Below, piece by piece: positions 1 through 12,037 of a stretch of DNA of 64,000 bases (the first letter of the stretch is position 1; each line of letters opens with the position of its first letter). The stretch is from an uncultured delta proteobacterium (GTDB lineage: Bacteria > Myxococcota > Kuafuiibacteriia > Kuafuiibacteriales > Kuafuiibacteriaceae). The notes beneath the pieces were generated by a model. It was given only the letters and a program-made list of their open reading frames with translations, had not been told where the DNA came from and made no database searches. Where the stretch lies: assembly GCA_963803435.1 (NCBI GenBank), contig CAWDML010000001.1:1344001-1408000 (forward strand), given 5' to 3'. A program made the position numbers and the translations under genes.

Positions 1-756
1 CTTGGTCCATCGATGCAGCGAGGAGCCGCGGCACCACTTGCACGCCTTCGGCGCCAGGTACGGGACCTCGCGACCGAACGCCGCCTTCGCAGAGACCGTC
101 CGACCGCCGCACGTGGAGTGAAAGAGCGCCTGCACCAGATCGTGATCGAACGAGAGCACCTCGCCGCGCGTCTCCTTCACCGCCTCGATCACTCCCGGCC
201 GGATCCGATCGGCGCCCTTGTACACCTGCGAGAGGACCGTCGAAGACAGATCGTAGGGACGTCCGGTCGCGCGCATCATCATCCGGCGCTGCATCGCGTA
301 CGTGCGTGCCGCGACCGCCTGCGCCTTGAGGGCCTCGAGCGGCCAGGTCGGGTTCATCTCGCTTCCGACGATGCCGAGGAGGTAGGTCTCGAGGAGCAGC
401 CGGTTGACCACCAGGATCGCGCCGTCCTGGATCAAGATCTGGATCCGGCCGAAGTAGATCCCACCGTCGACCTTCACGGCATCGACGGCCTCGGCGATCA
501 GCGTCTTCGCCCGCGCGACCTCGCGCTCGCCCGCGCGCACCGACAGCACGCCGCCGTCGAGCCGGACCTCGGCGCTCCCGATGCCACCCCAGGCGTAGAG
601 ACGGTCTCCGGACTCGCCGTCGAACAGCGCCAGGTGATCACCCCCGACCGTCACCGGCTGCGCGCCGGATCCGATCGCGATCCGGACCTCCTCCTCGGCG
701 GAGGCCGCGCGCGCGAGCAGCAACGACAGGCACGCGACGGCGAGCGCTCGCGCCAT
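1..756 (-). CDS. SpoIID/LytB domain protein (lytic transglycosylase-like), truncated by the window edge
   Basis: Manual minus-strand translation from ATG 756: signal peptide MARALAVACLSLLLARAASAEE, then ETYLLGIVGSEMNPTWPLEALKAQAVAARTYA, SQVYKG and FHSTCGG, hallmark SpoIID motifs. Not in the ORF track. Confidence 0.88.
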   Translation of the reverse strand, partial: MARALAVACLSLLLARAASAEEEVRIAIGSGAQPVTVGGDHLALFDGESGDRLYAWGGIGSAEVRLDGGVLSVRAGEREVARAKTLIAEAVDAVKVDGGIYFGRIQILIQDGAILVVNRLLLETYLLGIVGSEMNPTWPLEALKAQAVAARTYAMQRRMMMRATGRPYDLSSTVLSQVYKGADRIRPGVIEAVKETRGEVLSFDHDLVQALFHSTCGGRTVSAKAAFGREVPYLAPKACKWCRGSSLHRWTK

Positions 757-839
757 TCTGAAGGCCAACATCCTACAATCGCCGGCCTTCGGCAAAAAAG
801 CATCGCAATGCTGCGGGCCCGCTATACCATTCCGCCGCT

Positions 840-2723
<1,884 letters not shown>

Positions 2724-2751
2724 GTCCGTCAGGACTGCAGGCTGCGAATTG

Positions 2752-2775
2752 GGACCGGTTCTCAAGAACCGGTCC
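2752..2775. terminator. Perfect 11-bp inverted repeat between convergent genes, possibly a bidirectional terminator
   Basis: GGACCGGTTCT-CA-AGAACCGGTCC; no U-tract; a third copy of the arm at 2799-2809. Confidence 0.45.
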
Positions 2776-2807
2776 GAACCTCTTACCGTGACCGCTCAGG
2801 ACCGGTT

Positions 2808-3926
2808 CTAGAGCGAGCGCTGGAGCGCGAGGAAGAGGGTGCGCCAGGTATGGACAATCCATCCACCGTCGCCGTTCTCCATGACCACCCCGGTGAGGAC
2901 GAGCGCGCTCAGCAGGAGGAGCATGAAGAACGCCATCCGCATCCGTGGCCAGCCCCGCTTCGGGGGACGCAGCGCGATGGAGGAGAGGTCGTCCGTAGGC
3001 GCCAGCTCCTCGGGCGGGAGGATGATGATCTCGGCCAGCGGCTCGGAGAGCGCGGCCTCGCGGCGCACCACCTGGGGCCGGAGGCTGGAGACGCGCCGGG
3101 GCGGCGGCGTCGTCATCGACGGGGTCCGCGGTACCACGCTCTGCGAGCGCCAGCGCTGGACGAGCGCACGCATGGCGGTCGCCTTGTGGGAGAAGCACTG
3201 GCGCATCAGCTTGGCGAGCTCGTTGGCCCGGTCGATCCCGGTGGTGCGGGAGCGAACGTAGTCGTTGAGATCCTCCGCCAGCAGCACCAGGTCGTCGGTC
3301 GGCCTCTGATCGATGGCGCGCATGACGATGCGGTCGAGATCCGTGCCGGCCTTCGGGGGCGTGAGCTCGCCGGACGGCTTTCGGCCGACGAGCATCTCCC
3401 AGAGGATCAACCCGATGGCCCGGGTGGCCGGCATGGGAGCTCGCCCCTGTAACAGCGAGACTCCAATAGAGACCGCCTTGAGCTCGCCGGACTCGTAGCT
3501 CACCACGATCTGCCCGCTCGAGAGGTCGCCCACCATGCCGCGGCCCGTCCGCTCGCGCGCCCGATCGAGCGCGCGCGCCAGATCCCGCGCGATGCAGATC
3601 GCCAGGAGTTTCGGGATGGCGGCGCGATGGTTCTTGACGATCTGCTCGAGGCTCTCACCGCCGAAGAAGTCCGTGACGACGAAGATGCCGTCTTCGGTCC
3701 GGACGACCTCGCGCGGCATCACCAGGATCGGATCGTCGAGTGTCCGCGAGCGCGCCGCCATCGCGCGCAGCTCTTGCTCCGCGGACGGCGTGGCCCGCGG
3801 GAAGTGGTGGAGCGCGAAGAGGTGGTCCGCGTCGGTGAGGCGGCGGGCTGCGAAGAGCTGGACACCGTCCAGGTCGTTGCATCGACCCAGGATCTGGTAG
3901 TCGCCCGCGATCGAGAGCGAACGCAT
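2808..3926 (-). CDS. Degenerate Ser/Thr kinase-like protein (pseudokinase) with C-terminal TM helix
   Basis: Kinase-fold remnants (FVVTDFFGGESLEQI, GDLSSGQIVVSY, IGLILWEMLVG, LDRIVMRAI) but no VAIK lysine, HRD or DFG; C-terminal hydrophobic helix. Confidence 0.7.
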   Translation of the reverse strand: MRSLSIAGDYQILGRCNDLDGVQLFAARRLTDADHLFALHHFPRATPSAEQELRAMAARSRTLDDPILVMPREVVRTEDGIFVVTDFFGGESLEQIVKNHRAAIPKLLAICIARDLARALDRARERTGRGMVGDLSSGQIVVSYESGELKAVSIGVSLLQGRAPMPATRAIGLILWEMLVGRKPSGELTPPKAGTDLDRIVMRAIDQRPTDDLVLLAEDLNDYVRSRTTGIDRANELAKLMRQCFSHKATAMRALVQRWRSQSVVPRTPSMTTPPPRRVSSLRPQVVRREAALSEPLAEIIILPPEELAPTDDLSSIALRPPKRGWPRMRMAFFMLLLLSALVLTGVVMENGDGGWIVHTWRTLFLALQRSL

Positions 3927-4132
3927 TCCAGACGACAGATCGAATGATCAGCGTCATGCCGCAAGGGGGCGGATGGGGCTCGAAGTGGTGCGAAAGGGCC
4001 GAGCAACCGCCACGATTCTCACCCGGCCGTCATGGACCTGTTCGCGGTTGAAACGCCGCGACAGCGGCCCGACCGCGCGACCGGTGCAATCGAGAAGAAT
4101 CGCGGGCGCTCCACTTTTTTCGAGAGACGCGT

Positions 4133-4567
4133 TCAGTACCGACCGATGGTCACCGTCCCCAGGGTCCGCTTGGAGAGCGGCCCGACGTAGAGGGGCTGGC
4201 GGGTGGTCACCGTGATCTCTCCGTCCGTCTGAAACCGGCCCTTCACGACGACTTCGCCGACCAGAGCGCTCAGAACCACGCCGTTCCCGGCCGGCCGCAC
4301 CGCGAAGTCGCCCTCGTGCTTGCCGAGCTTTTTCGTTGACCGGATGTTCACACTGACCGGCCTCTTGGCCTTGGCCTTGCCCTCCGGGCGCGCGACGGCG
4401 GCCACGTTGAACCACCCGTCCTCGATCCAGACGTACACTCCCTCATTCGTCTTCTCGTCGAGGACGGGGGCGCCGACGGCCTTGGTCCAATCGAGGCGTT
4501 TCACCGGAGCCTCCTTGGCAGGGGCAGCCGGCCCGAGCACGAGGAGCGCGAGCAGGAGGGCACGCAT
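4133..4567 (-). CDS. Hypothetical exported protein
   Basis: Signal peptide MRALLLALLVLGPAAPA; extended -10-like TGGTAAGCT 7 nt before the ATG (leaderless-type arrangement). Confidence 0.7.
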   Translation of the reverse strand: MRALLLALLVLGPAAPAKEAPVKRLDWTKAVGAPVLDEKTNEGVYVWIEDGWFNVAAVARPEGKAKAKRPVSVNIRSTKKLGKHEGDFAVRPAGNGVVLSALVGEVVVKGRFQTDGEITVTTRQPLYVGPLSKRTLGTVTIGRY

Positions 4568-4676
4568 GAGCGCGAGCTTACCACCCCGCCATCGCCGGGA
4601 AATCCCGAGCGATCGCCGACAGATGAAGATCGCAGGCTGGCGACCGTCGGAGTCTCGGATAGAGTCGGCGCCGCAC

Positions 4677-5837
4677 ATGGATCGCCAAGTCATCGGGCCC
4701 CGCTCGGGCAGCGCCCTCCCCTCCGTCCTCGCGCGCGTTCGCTCGCTGTGCTTCGGCTGCGCGACGTTGATCGTGGCGGCCTGCGGCGGGGGCACCATGG
4801 CGACCAAAGGGGCGCCCGAATGGTTCCACAACCCGCCGAAGGGCCGTGAGACCCTGTTTTTCGTCGGGGATGCCTCGGGCTCGAGCGACGAGGGGACGGC
4901 GCGCGAGCTCGCGATCCAGAAGGCGCTCTCCGAGCTCACCGTGTACTGCGGCGCCACGATCACGTCCGACTTCAAGTCGGTCGAGGCCGAGGCCAACGGC
5001 AAGTACGAGCAGATGGTGTCGATGACCGTCGACATCGCCGGGGAGGAGCTGACCATCCGCGAGGCTGTCGTGAAGCAGACCGTGGTGGAGAAGAGCCGCG
5101 ACGGCTTCGACGGCTGGGCGCTCATCGAGTGGCCGAGGGCCCAGTACGAAGCGGTCCTGGTGGCGCAGCGCGCCCGGGCCCAGCGGGCCCTCGCGCTGTT
5201 CCTCGAAGCCGACGAGGCCCTGACCGACCGCCGCGTGAGCGACGCGCAGACCAAGCTCAAGGAGGCGCAATCGGTGCTCGGGCCGATGAAGGCGCAGATC
5301 CCGATCAACCACGAGAAGTACCACAACAGCGCGCTGCTCCAGGACGCGATGGAGGCCTTGCGCGGGCGCCTCAAGGAGATCGCGTCGGAACGCAAGAAGG
5401 TGATGGCGGTGGTGGTGAACTGCAGCCTGGACGGCAGGGAGATCGCGTGCCGCGACGAGTGGGTGGGCGAGGTCCGCCAGATCGTCGCGGGGTCGGGCTT
5501 CAAGGTCTCGGCCGACAACGTGTCGACCACGCTCGCGTCCGCCATCCTGACCTCGAGCTCGCCGCAGACCGACGCCACCGTGCGCGCGTCCGGCTACGTC
5601 ATCGCCGCCCGCTACGACGCGAAGTCCACCGCGGTCGAGGACGGCGTGCACTACATCCACTGCGGCGCGCGCGGGGTCGTCTTCGACACGGACGCGAGCC
5701 GGATCCTCGGGGTGAAAGAGGTTCCGCCCATCAAGGGCGCGCACCCGCAGCAAGCGGGGGCAATCAAGACGGCCTGCTCCAAAGCGGGCAGAGAGATGGC
5801 GGACTGGCTCCAGCAAGAGCTCGCCAACTTCAAGTAG
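4677..5837 (+). CDS. LPP20-family lipoprotein
   Basis: Lipobox IVAAC; APEWFHNPP, FFVGDASG and ARELAIQKALSEL are typical of LPP20. Start uncertain. Confidence 0.7.
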   Translation: MDRQVIGPRSGSALPSVLARVRSLCFGCATLIVAACGGGTMATKGAPEWFHNPPKGRETLFFVGDASGSSDEGTARELAIQKALSELTVYCGATITSDFKSVEAEANGKYEQMVSMTVDIAGEELTIREAVVKQTVVEKSRDGFDGWALIEWPRAQYEAVLVAQRARAQRALALFLEADEALTDRRVSDAQTKLKEAQSVLGPMKAQIPINHEKYHNSALLQDAMEALRGRLKEIASERKKVMAVVVNCSLDGREIACRDEWVGEVRQIVAGSGFKVSADNVSTTLASAILTSSSPQTDATVRASGYVIAARYDAKSTAVEDGVHYIHCGARGVVFDTDASRILGVKEVPPIKGAHPQQAGAIKTACSKAGREMADWLQQELANFK

Positions 5838-5850
5838 GGAGGTCTTCGCT

Positions 5851-6435
5851 GTGAATCACTGGCACGTCATTGGGGCCGCCATCGGGGTCGTCCTCCTCAC
5901 CGGCTCCGCGTGGGCCGGGCCCCGGCCGGCGGTCTCGGGAAAGCTGCAGACGGGCGAGCCCGCCCCGCAGTTTCGCTTGCGGGCGCTCGACGGCACGATG
6001 ATCCGGCTCGACGAGCTCGCCTACAAGGGCAAGGAGAAGAAGTGGGCCAAGAAGCGGCCCGTGTTCCTCGACTTCTTCCGCACCGATTGCGAGCCGTGCA
6101 AGAAGGCGATGCCGGACCTGGTGAAGATCTACGAGTCTTACCACGGGCGCGGCCTCGACGTGGTCCTGGTCGCGCTGCTCGAGGAGACCGACGGCAAGAA
6201 GAAGCTCGAGCGCTACCTCGCGCAGAACAAGCTCCCCTTCACCGTGGTGGTCGACAACACCGGACATCATGCGAAGATGTACCTCGGTGATCTGGTCACG
6301 CTTCCGGCGTCGTTCCTGATCAACCGCGAGGGCGTGCTTCAGAAGGTCAAATACGGCGCCACCGGGACCTACGACGAGCACTTCGGAGACGCCATCGAGA
6401 AGGTGCTCAAAGAGCACGCCGCCGGAACGAACTGA
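5851..6435 (+). CDS. TlpA/ResA-like exported thiol-disulfide oxidoreductase
   Basis: Signal peptide; GEPAPQFRL; VFLDFFRTDCEPC (CxxC); LPASFLINREG; GGAGG RBS. Confidence 0.85.
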   Translation: MNHWHVIGAAIGVVLLTGSAWAGPRPAVSGKLQTGEPAPQFRLRALDGTMIRLDELAYKGKEKKWAKKRPVFLDFFRTDCEPCKKAMPDLVKIYESYHGRGLDVVLVALLEETDGKKKLERYLAQNKLPFTVVVDNTGHHAKMYLGDLVTLPASFLINREGVLQKVKYGATGTYDEHFGDAIEKVLKEHAAGTN

Positions 6436-7310
6436 TGTGGTCGCCCGCGCTCCTCCTGCTCGTGCTCGGCCAGCCGACGCCGCCGAAGCCGATGCAGATC
6501 GATCCGACGCTTCCGGAGGATCTCCGGCCGTTGGCCGAGAAGGTGATCGCGGCGGAGATCGACCCCAAGCGTGGCACCGGTAACGCGGTCGAGATCCTCA
6601 AGGCCGAGCGCACGAAGTACACCGACCAGCGCCATCAGCTCGCCATCGATCTGCGAACGGCGGCCGTGGTGCTGAGGCGGCGGTTCATCACGGTCGATCG
6701 CTTCCCTGAGCCGATCCGGTGGGAGCAGGCGCTCTCGACGTTCGCGCGACTCGATCTCAGCGAGCCCGGCCTGAAGGAGTGGATCGACGCGTCGCTGAAG
6801 CACCACGACTACGCGAAGAAGCGCATCGGCACCAAGAAGCAGCGCGTGATCAAGGCTGCGATCTTGACGCGCGCCGGGCTCGACAAGGACCGGATCGCCA
6901 AGCCGCTGTCGAAGATGATCGCCGACGCGGGCTTCCAGCTCTCGCTGGTGCCGGCCAAGGACGCCACCATGATCATCAAGATCTCGGCCGAGGATGCTCC
7001 GCCCGAGGACAACCTACGCATGGTCCGGATGCAGCTCGGGCTGGAGAGCATCCGCGACGGCAAGGTGATCTGGCGCCAGGGGATGTACCGCACCGAGGGC
7101 GGGCGGGACGCGGACGAGGCGATCGACAAGGCGGCCCTCTGGCTGGCCAAGATCGGCGGTCGCGACCTGTTCTTCCGCTGGGTCGGTGAGGTCGCGTTCC
7201 ATTCGCTGCTCGACACCGCGCCCAAGGCGCCAAAAGAGGAGCAGGGCGGTTTCAAGCCCCGGGGCCAGCCAGTGGAATCCGACCTGAAGGTCGACCTCAA
7301 AAAGAAGTAG
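6435..7310 (+). CDS. Hypothetical exported protein
   Basis: 1-nt overlap with the upstream stop, hydrophobic N-terminus, strong GC3 codon bias. Confidence 0.7.
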   Translation: MWSPALLLLVLGQPTPPKPMQIDPTLPEDLRPLAEKVIAAEIDPKRGTGNAVEILKAERTKYTDQRHQLAIDLRTAAVVLRRRFITVDRFPEPIRWEQALSTFARLDLSEPGLKEWIDASLKHHDYAKKRIGTKKQRVIKAAILTRAGLDKDRIAKPLSKMIADAGFQLSLVPAKDATMIIKISAEDAPPEDNLRMVRMQLGLESIRDGKVIWRQGMYRTEGGRDADEAIDKAALWLAKIGGRDLFFRWVGEVAFHSLLDTAPKAPKEEQGGFKPRGQPVESDLKVDLKKK

Positions 7311-7322
7311 GATGGAGCAGGC

Positions 7323-8010
7323 ATGCTGCGCTTGCTCCGAAGCGAGGCCCTCGCCTACCTGAGGCTCGGCCTGTTGCTGCCATCGCGGGGGCGCCTCGCC
7401 CAAAACAACGGGTCGCGCGCGGAGTTCGGCGTCATCTTCGTCCCGGGCGTCGGCGCCAACGGCTCGCACTTCATCAATCTGGCCCGCGCGCTCGCGGAGG
7501 AATCGCCGCACTTCGAGGCCTTCGAGTACTTCTCGCTCAAGCACCCGCGCCGCATCGCCGATGCGCTCTCGACCTACCTCGAGGACGTGGCCCGGCGCGT
7601 CGAGCGCTACCTCCTGGTCGGGCACAGCCTGGGCGGGCTCCTGGGACGGATGGTCCTCCAGCAGGAGCAGCCCCCGCCCGGCCTCGGCGGCTTCGTCTCC
7701 CTCTGCGCGCCGCTCCACGGCACCTGGCGCTCGAAGCTGGCGCCTCACCCCGGACTCCGCTCGCTCCGGCCCGACGGCGCCCTGATGGAGGAGCTGCGGG
7801 CGGGCGCCCACCGCCTCGATCGATGGCGCGGCCGAGATCCTCACCGTCGGGGCCCGGTACGACCAGTTCATCCAGCCGCACGACAGCGCCTTTCTCGACG
7901 GCCACGAGCGCCTCGAGCTCGACGACGTGGCCCACAACGCCGCGCTGTTCGACGCTCGCGTCCACCGCGCCGTCGCCCGCGCCGCGCGGCGGGCCTCTCA
8001 GCTACGGTGA
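7323..8010 (+). CDS. Alpha/beta hydrolase (lipase/esterase-like), apparent frameshift near 7830
   Basis: FVPGV; nucleophile elbow VGHSLGG; APLHGT; the other frame continues ILTVGARYDQFIQP...VAHNAALFD (Asp/His of the triad) to TGA 8010. Confidence 0.8.
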
Positions 8011-8055
8011 CCGCTCGGCCAGCAGGCCTCCCAGAACAGGCGGCGCTGAGCGGCG

Positions 8056-10125
8056 CTACTTCCGCTCGATCGCGATCTCGGTTCGAGTGTCCGAGGCGGA
8101 CCCGGGCGCGCTCAGGACCAGCTCGGCGGCCTTGACCGCGGTGGGAGAGCCCGTCATGGCGAGGACGTCGCCGCCCAGGAGTTCGTCGTCGGGGCCGGGG
8201 ACGAGGACGCTCGCGCCGCGCCGAATCGCGACCACGTTCGCGCCGGTCCGACCGCGCAGGTTGATCTGAGCGAGCGTGCGGCCGACCGCATCGCTCCGGG
8301 GCGAGAGCTCGATGGACTGGATCGAGCCGATCCAGGGCATGGCGGTCTGGACGGCGATGTCGAGATCGCCGGTGTCGTCCCTGTGGTCGGCCTGCCCCTG
8401 CTTCGCCAGGGCGTCGATCACCACCTCGACACCGGCGCGGACCTGCGTCTGGAGATCCGAGGCGCTGCGCCAGAAGAGGAACACCATCGCGGCCACGATG
8501 CAGGCGAGCACCAGGGGGCCCGCGTTCGTGGGGAGGAAGGCGCTGGTGAGCGCGAGGATGGGCGCGCCGATCACGAGCACCATGCCGATCTGGATCGCCA
8601 CCAGCAAGGCGGCGGGCGGCTCGTCTCCGGGCTCGATCGAGCCGCGCGCGATCAGATGACCGAGCGAGCGGGCGCAGCGGATGATGCCGACGATGAACGG
8701 CACGGACGCGACCATGGCGCCGGCCACCACCAGGCCGCGCGTGATCGCCAGCCTGATCCCGGTCATGCTCTCGAGGATCGTGGCGACGCCGTCGAGCGAG
8801 AGGGAGGTCGCGATGACGATCGCGACCAGGAGCACGGCGTCGAGCAGGATCAGTCGGGCGAGACGCCGGAAGGCGGACCAGAACCCGGGTGCGTGCCGCG
8901 AGGCGCCCAGGCTCGCGACCCAGGCCGAGTAGACGGTAGCGAACACCTGGAGCCGGTGGGGCATGACGCGGTCGAGACGCTCGCCGACCCGGGCGGAGGC
9001 CTTGACCAGCCAGGGCGTGGTCAAGGTGGTGAACGCGCTGACCACCACGGCCACCGGATACAGGGAGCGCTCCGAGGCGCCCAGGCTCAGCCCAACGCCC
9101 GCGATGATGAAGGAGAACTCACCGATCTGCGCCAGCGTCATGCCCGCCTGGGTCGCCTCCCGGATCGACGCGCCCGACAGGAATGATCCGATGGAGACCG
9201 CGAAGACCTTCCCCCCGATCACCGCAAGGCTCAGGACCAGGACCACCGGCCACTGCTGGATCACGATCCTCGGATCGAGCAGCATGCCCACCGAGACGAA
9301 GAAGATGGCGGCGAAGACGTCGCGGACCGGCTCCACCAGCTTCTCGATCGGCTTCGAGCGGCCGGACTCGCTGACCAGCGTCCCTGCGAGGAACGCGCCC
9401 AGCGCCACCGAGTAACCGACCTCCTTCGCGAACAGCGCGAGCGCGAAGCAGAGGCCCACCGACGCGACGACGGTGGTCTCGGGACGGTTGAGCTTCACCA
9501 CCAGGCGCATCAACCGCGGCACGACGAACATCCCGAGGACCACCACGGTCACCAGGAAGAGCACGAGCCTCCCGGCGGTATACGCAAGTACCTTCGGCGA
9601 GAGGCCCGCGCCGGTGGAGACCGCGGTCAGCGTGGTCACCAGCAGGATCGCCAGCACGTCCTCTGCGATCAGGATCCCGAAGACGCGCTCCTTGATCCTC
9701 GGATCGACCTTGAGCTCGTTGAAGGTCTTGACGATGATCGTGGTGCTGGAGATTGCGATGACTGCGCCGACGAACGTGCTCTCCCGGGCTCCCCAGCCGA
9801 ACGCCCGTCCCAGCACGTAGCCGAACGAGAGCATCAGCGAGACCTCGATCAACGCCACCAGCCCGCCGGTCCGGGCGACCCGGGCCAGCTTCTTGAGGCT
9901 GAACTCGAGCCCCAGCGAGAACATCAGCAGAATGACGCCGAGCTCCGAGAGCGTCTCGACCACGTGCGTGTCGGCGACCAGGCGGACCGGGACGTGCGGG
10001 CCGACGATCAGGCCCGCGATCAGATAGCCGAGGACGACGGGCTGCCGCAGCCGCTGGAACACGACGGTGGTGACCGCCGCGGTGCAGAGAACGACCGCGA
10101 GGCTCTCGAGGAACATCCCCTCCAC
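8056..10125 (-). CDS. CPA2-family cation:proton antiporter with C-terminal TrkA-C (RCK_C) domain
   Basis: Many TM helices; LSELGVILLMFSLGLEFS, SSTTII, FFVSVGM, AQIGEFSFII; C-terminal VGRTLAQINLRGRTGANVVAIRRG. Confidence 0.92.
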   Translation of the reverse strand: MEGMFLESLAVVLCTAAVTTVVFQRLRQPVVLGYLIAGLIVGPHVPVRLVADTHVVETLSELGVILLMFSLGLEFSLKKLARVARTGGLVALIEVSLMLSFGYVLGRAFGWGARESTFVGAVIAISSTTIIVKTFNELKVDPRIKERVFGILIAEDVLAILLVTTLTAVSTGAGLSPKVLAYTAGRLVLFLVTVVVLGMFVVPRLMRLVVKLNRPETTVVASVGLCFALALFAKEVGYSVALGAFLAGTLVSESGRSKPIEKLVEPVRDVFAAIFFVSVGMLLDPRIVIQQWPVVLVLSLAVIGGKVFAVSIGSFLSGASIREATQAGMTLAQIGEFSFIIAGVGLSLGASERSLYPVAVVVSAFTTLTTPWLVKASARVGERLDRVMPHRLQVFATVYSAWVASLGASRHAPGFWSAFRRLARLILLDAVLLVAIVIATSLSLDGVATILESMTGIRLAITRGLVVAGAMVASVPFIVGIIRCARSLGHLIARGSIEPGDEPPAALLVAIQIGMVLVIGAPILALTSAFLPTNAGPLVLACIVAAMVFLFWRSASDLQTQVRAGVEVVIDALAKQGQADHRDDTGDLDIAVQTAMPWIGSIQSIELSPRSDAVGRTLAQINLRGRTGANVVAIRRGASVLVPGPDDELLGGDVLAMTGSPTAVKAAELVLSAPGSASDTRTEIAIERK

Positions 10126-10487
10126 GGAGGATTGGGTAGCATGAAGCGCGCCCCGTCCGTCAGGCGCACGGATCGCACGTGGGCCCGCCCGCCGGCATGG
10201 GTGTTGCCGTACCCGCCGGGTTTTGGCCCAGAGGGCACTGTGGGATCCTCGCGCCGAACGACGCCGAGCGGATCCGCACCGAACACCTGGTCGCGGAGAC
10301 GAACATCAAGTCGATCGGCGTGCTCTACATCCTGGGCGGAGGGCTGGGGACGCTCGGTCTCGTGACGGCCGCCGGCTTCGCCGCGTTCGGCGCGCTCTCG
10401 GGCCGACACCTCGGGATCGGGCTGGGCGAGCTCGCCGTCATCGCCCTCCTCGCCGCGATCGATCGTCCGCAGCCGGCGCCACTGACC

Positions 10488-11957
10488 TCAACGCATCGCG
10501 ATCTCCGGGCCCATCCCCCGCAGGCGATCGATCGTGTTGCCGCCGAGGCATCCGCTCGGCAGCACCAATCGGCGCAGGTGGCGGAAGCGATCGGCGTTCT
10601 CCAGGATCGCACGCGCGCTCGACTCGCTGAGCGAGCAGGCCCAGACCTCGAGCTCCGAGACCTGCTCCAGGAGCGACGATCGGCCCAGCATCCCCACGAC
10701 GTTGAGGTCCGCGTCGAGATTCGGGTTGCGCAGCGCGATGCAACTCAAGTTGCGCATGCGCTCTGGATCGATACGGAGGACCAGCCGCGCTCCGGGCGTC
10801 AGCTCGAGGCGCTCGAGGGCCGGCCACTCGGTCTCCAGCACCTCCCGATCCTCGAGGCGGCCCAGCTCGAGCCGGAGATCGCGCAGGTGTTCGAGCGCGA
10901 AGGGGCCGAGTCGGGCCGCGCCCGCCTTGATCACGAGCTCCTCGACGCGCGGCATCGCGTGCGGGAGCGCCGTCAGGTCGACCTCGAACTGCTCCGCGAG
11001 ATAGAACCGTTGGAGCGTCGGGAGACGGCGGGTCGTCACCACCGAGACCAGCGAGCCCCAATCCGCGGACACCAGCGTCAACACGCGCAAGAACCTGGCC
11101 GAGGGCAGGTCGAGCAGCTGCTCCAGGAGCCGGCGCTTGTCGACGCCGGACTCGGCGAAGCGACGGACGTGCGCCGCTCGGAGGAATCCGAGGCCCCAGG
11201 AGAGGCGGAGTGCGGAGTAGTGCGGCAGCGTGCCGAGGAAGTAGTCGGCCGACTCGGAGAGGAGGCGCCCGATGGCGGCCTCGACGGCCGGGGTGCGCTG
11301 CGGCTGCGCCATCAACGCGATCAGCTCGCCGCGCGGGTCCCCGCGGGACTGGAGGAAGTCACCGTAGACCAGATACGGCTCGACGGTGTCGGGTGACGCG
11401 GCGATCGTCGCCTCGAGCTCGGCCGAGCTCGCGATCGGGGTGGTGTCGGGACGGAGGTCGTTGATCGACTGGATGCGCGCAGCTCGACGCGCCTCCAGCC
11501 ACAGCGCGTGGGCGCGCGGGTGAGGGGCCTCGGGGCTCCCGCCCGTCGCGGCGAAGTGGGGCCACTCGCGCCAGGCGATGCGCCAGCGACGGACCTTCTC
11601 CTCGAGGTCGAGCTCGACCGGATCGGGGCCGAGCATCGCGCGAACGCGCTCGCGGTCGGCCCGGTCGCGCTCCTCGAGCCGCCGCTCGTACTCCTCGAAG
11701 CGCCGGGCGAGCGTCACCAGCTGTCCGAACTCGTTGGTGGGTCGCCGCGCAGCGCGCTGCCAGAACGCCAGCCGGTCCGCTTCCAATCGATCCTTGGGGA
11801 GGCTCGCCATCAGGCCGCCGGTGCTCAGCTCGCCCTGCACGGCGTCGGGGAGGAAGTCCTGCCGGGCGACCAGGCAGTCGCCGGCGCCCGGACCGCCCGT
11901 TCGCTCCGAAGATTCGAGCTCGACCAGGATGCCGCTGTCGCCGTCCACCAGGACCAC
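10488..11957 (-). CDS. TIGR02996 domain protein with leucine-rich repeat-like C-terminus
   Basis: LEATIAASPDTVEPYLVYGDFLQSRGDPRGELIAL motif followed by WGLGFLRAA and LxxLxL repeats. Start uncertain. Confidence 0.8.
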   Translation of the reverse strand: MVLVDGDSGILVELESSERTGGPGAGDCLVARQDFLPDAVQGELSTGGLMASLPKDRLEADRLAFWQRAARRPTNEFGQLVTLARRFEEYERRLEERDRADRERVRAMLGPDPVELDLEEKVRRWRIAWREWPHFAATGGSPEAPHPRAHALWLEARRAARIQSINDLRPDTTPIASSAELEATIAASPDTVEPYLVYGDFLQSRGDPRGELIALMAQPQRTPAVEAAIGRLLSESADYFLGTLPHYSALRLSWGLGFLRAAHVRRFAESGVDKRRLLEQLLDLPSARFLRVLTLVSADWGSLVSVVTTRRLPTLQRFYLAEQFEVDLTALPHAMPRVEELVIKAGAARLGPFALEHLRDLRLELGRLEDREVLETEWPALERLELTPGARLVLRIDPERMRNLSCIALRNPNLDADLNVVGMLGRSSLLEQVSELEVWACSLSESSARAILENADRFRHLRRLVLPSGCLGGNTIDRLRGMGPEIAMR

Positions 11958-12037
11958 GCCGCGGTGGCCCTCCCACCGGCCTCGAACGAACCAACCGCCC
12001 GTCCCCGGCGGTACGTGGATCGGAATGTCGGCCGTAC

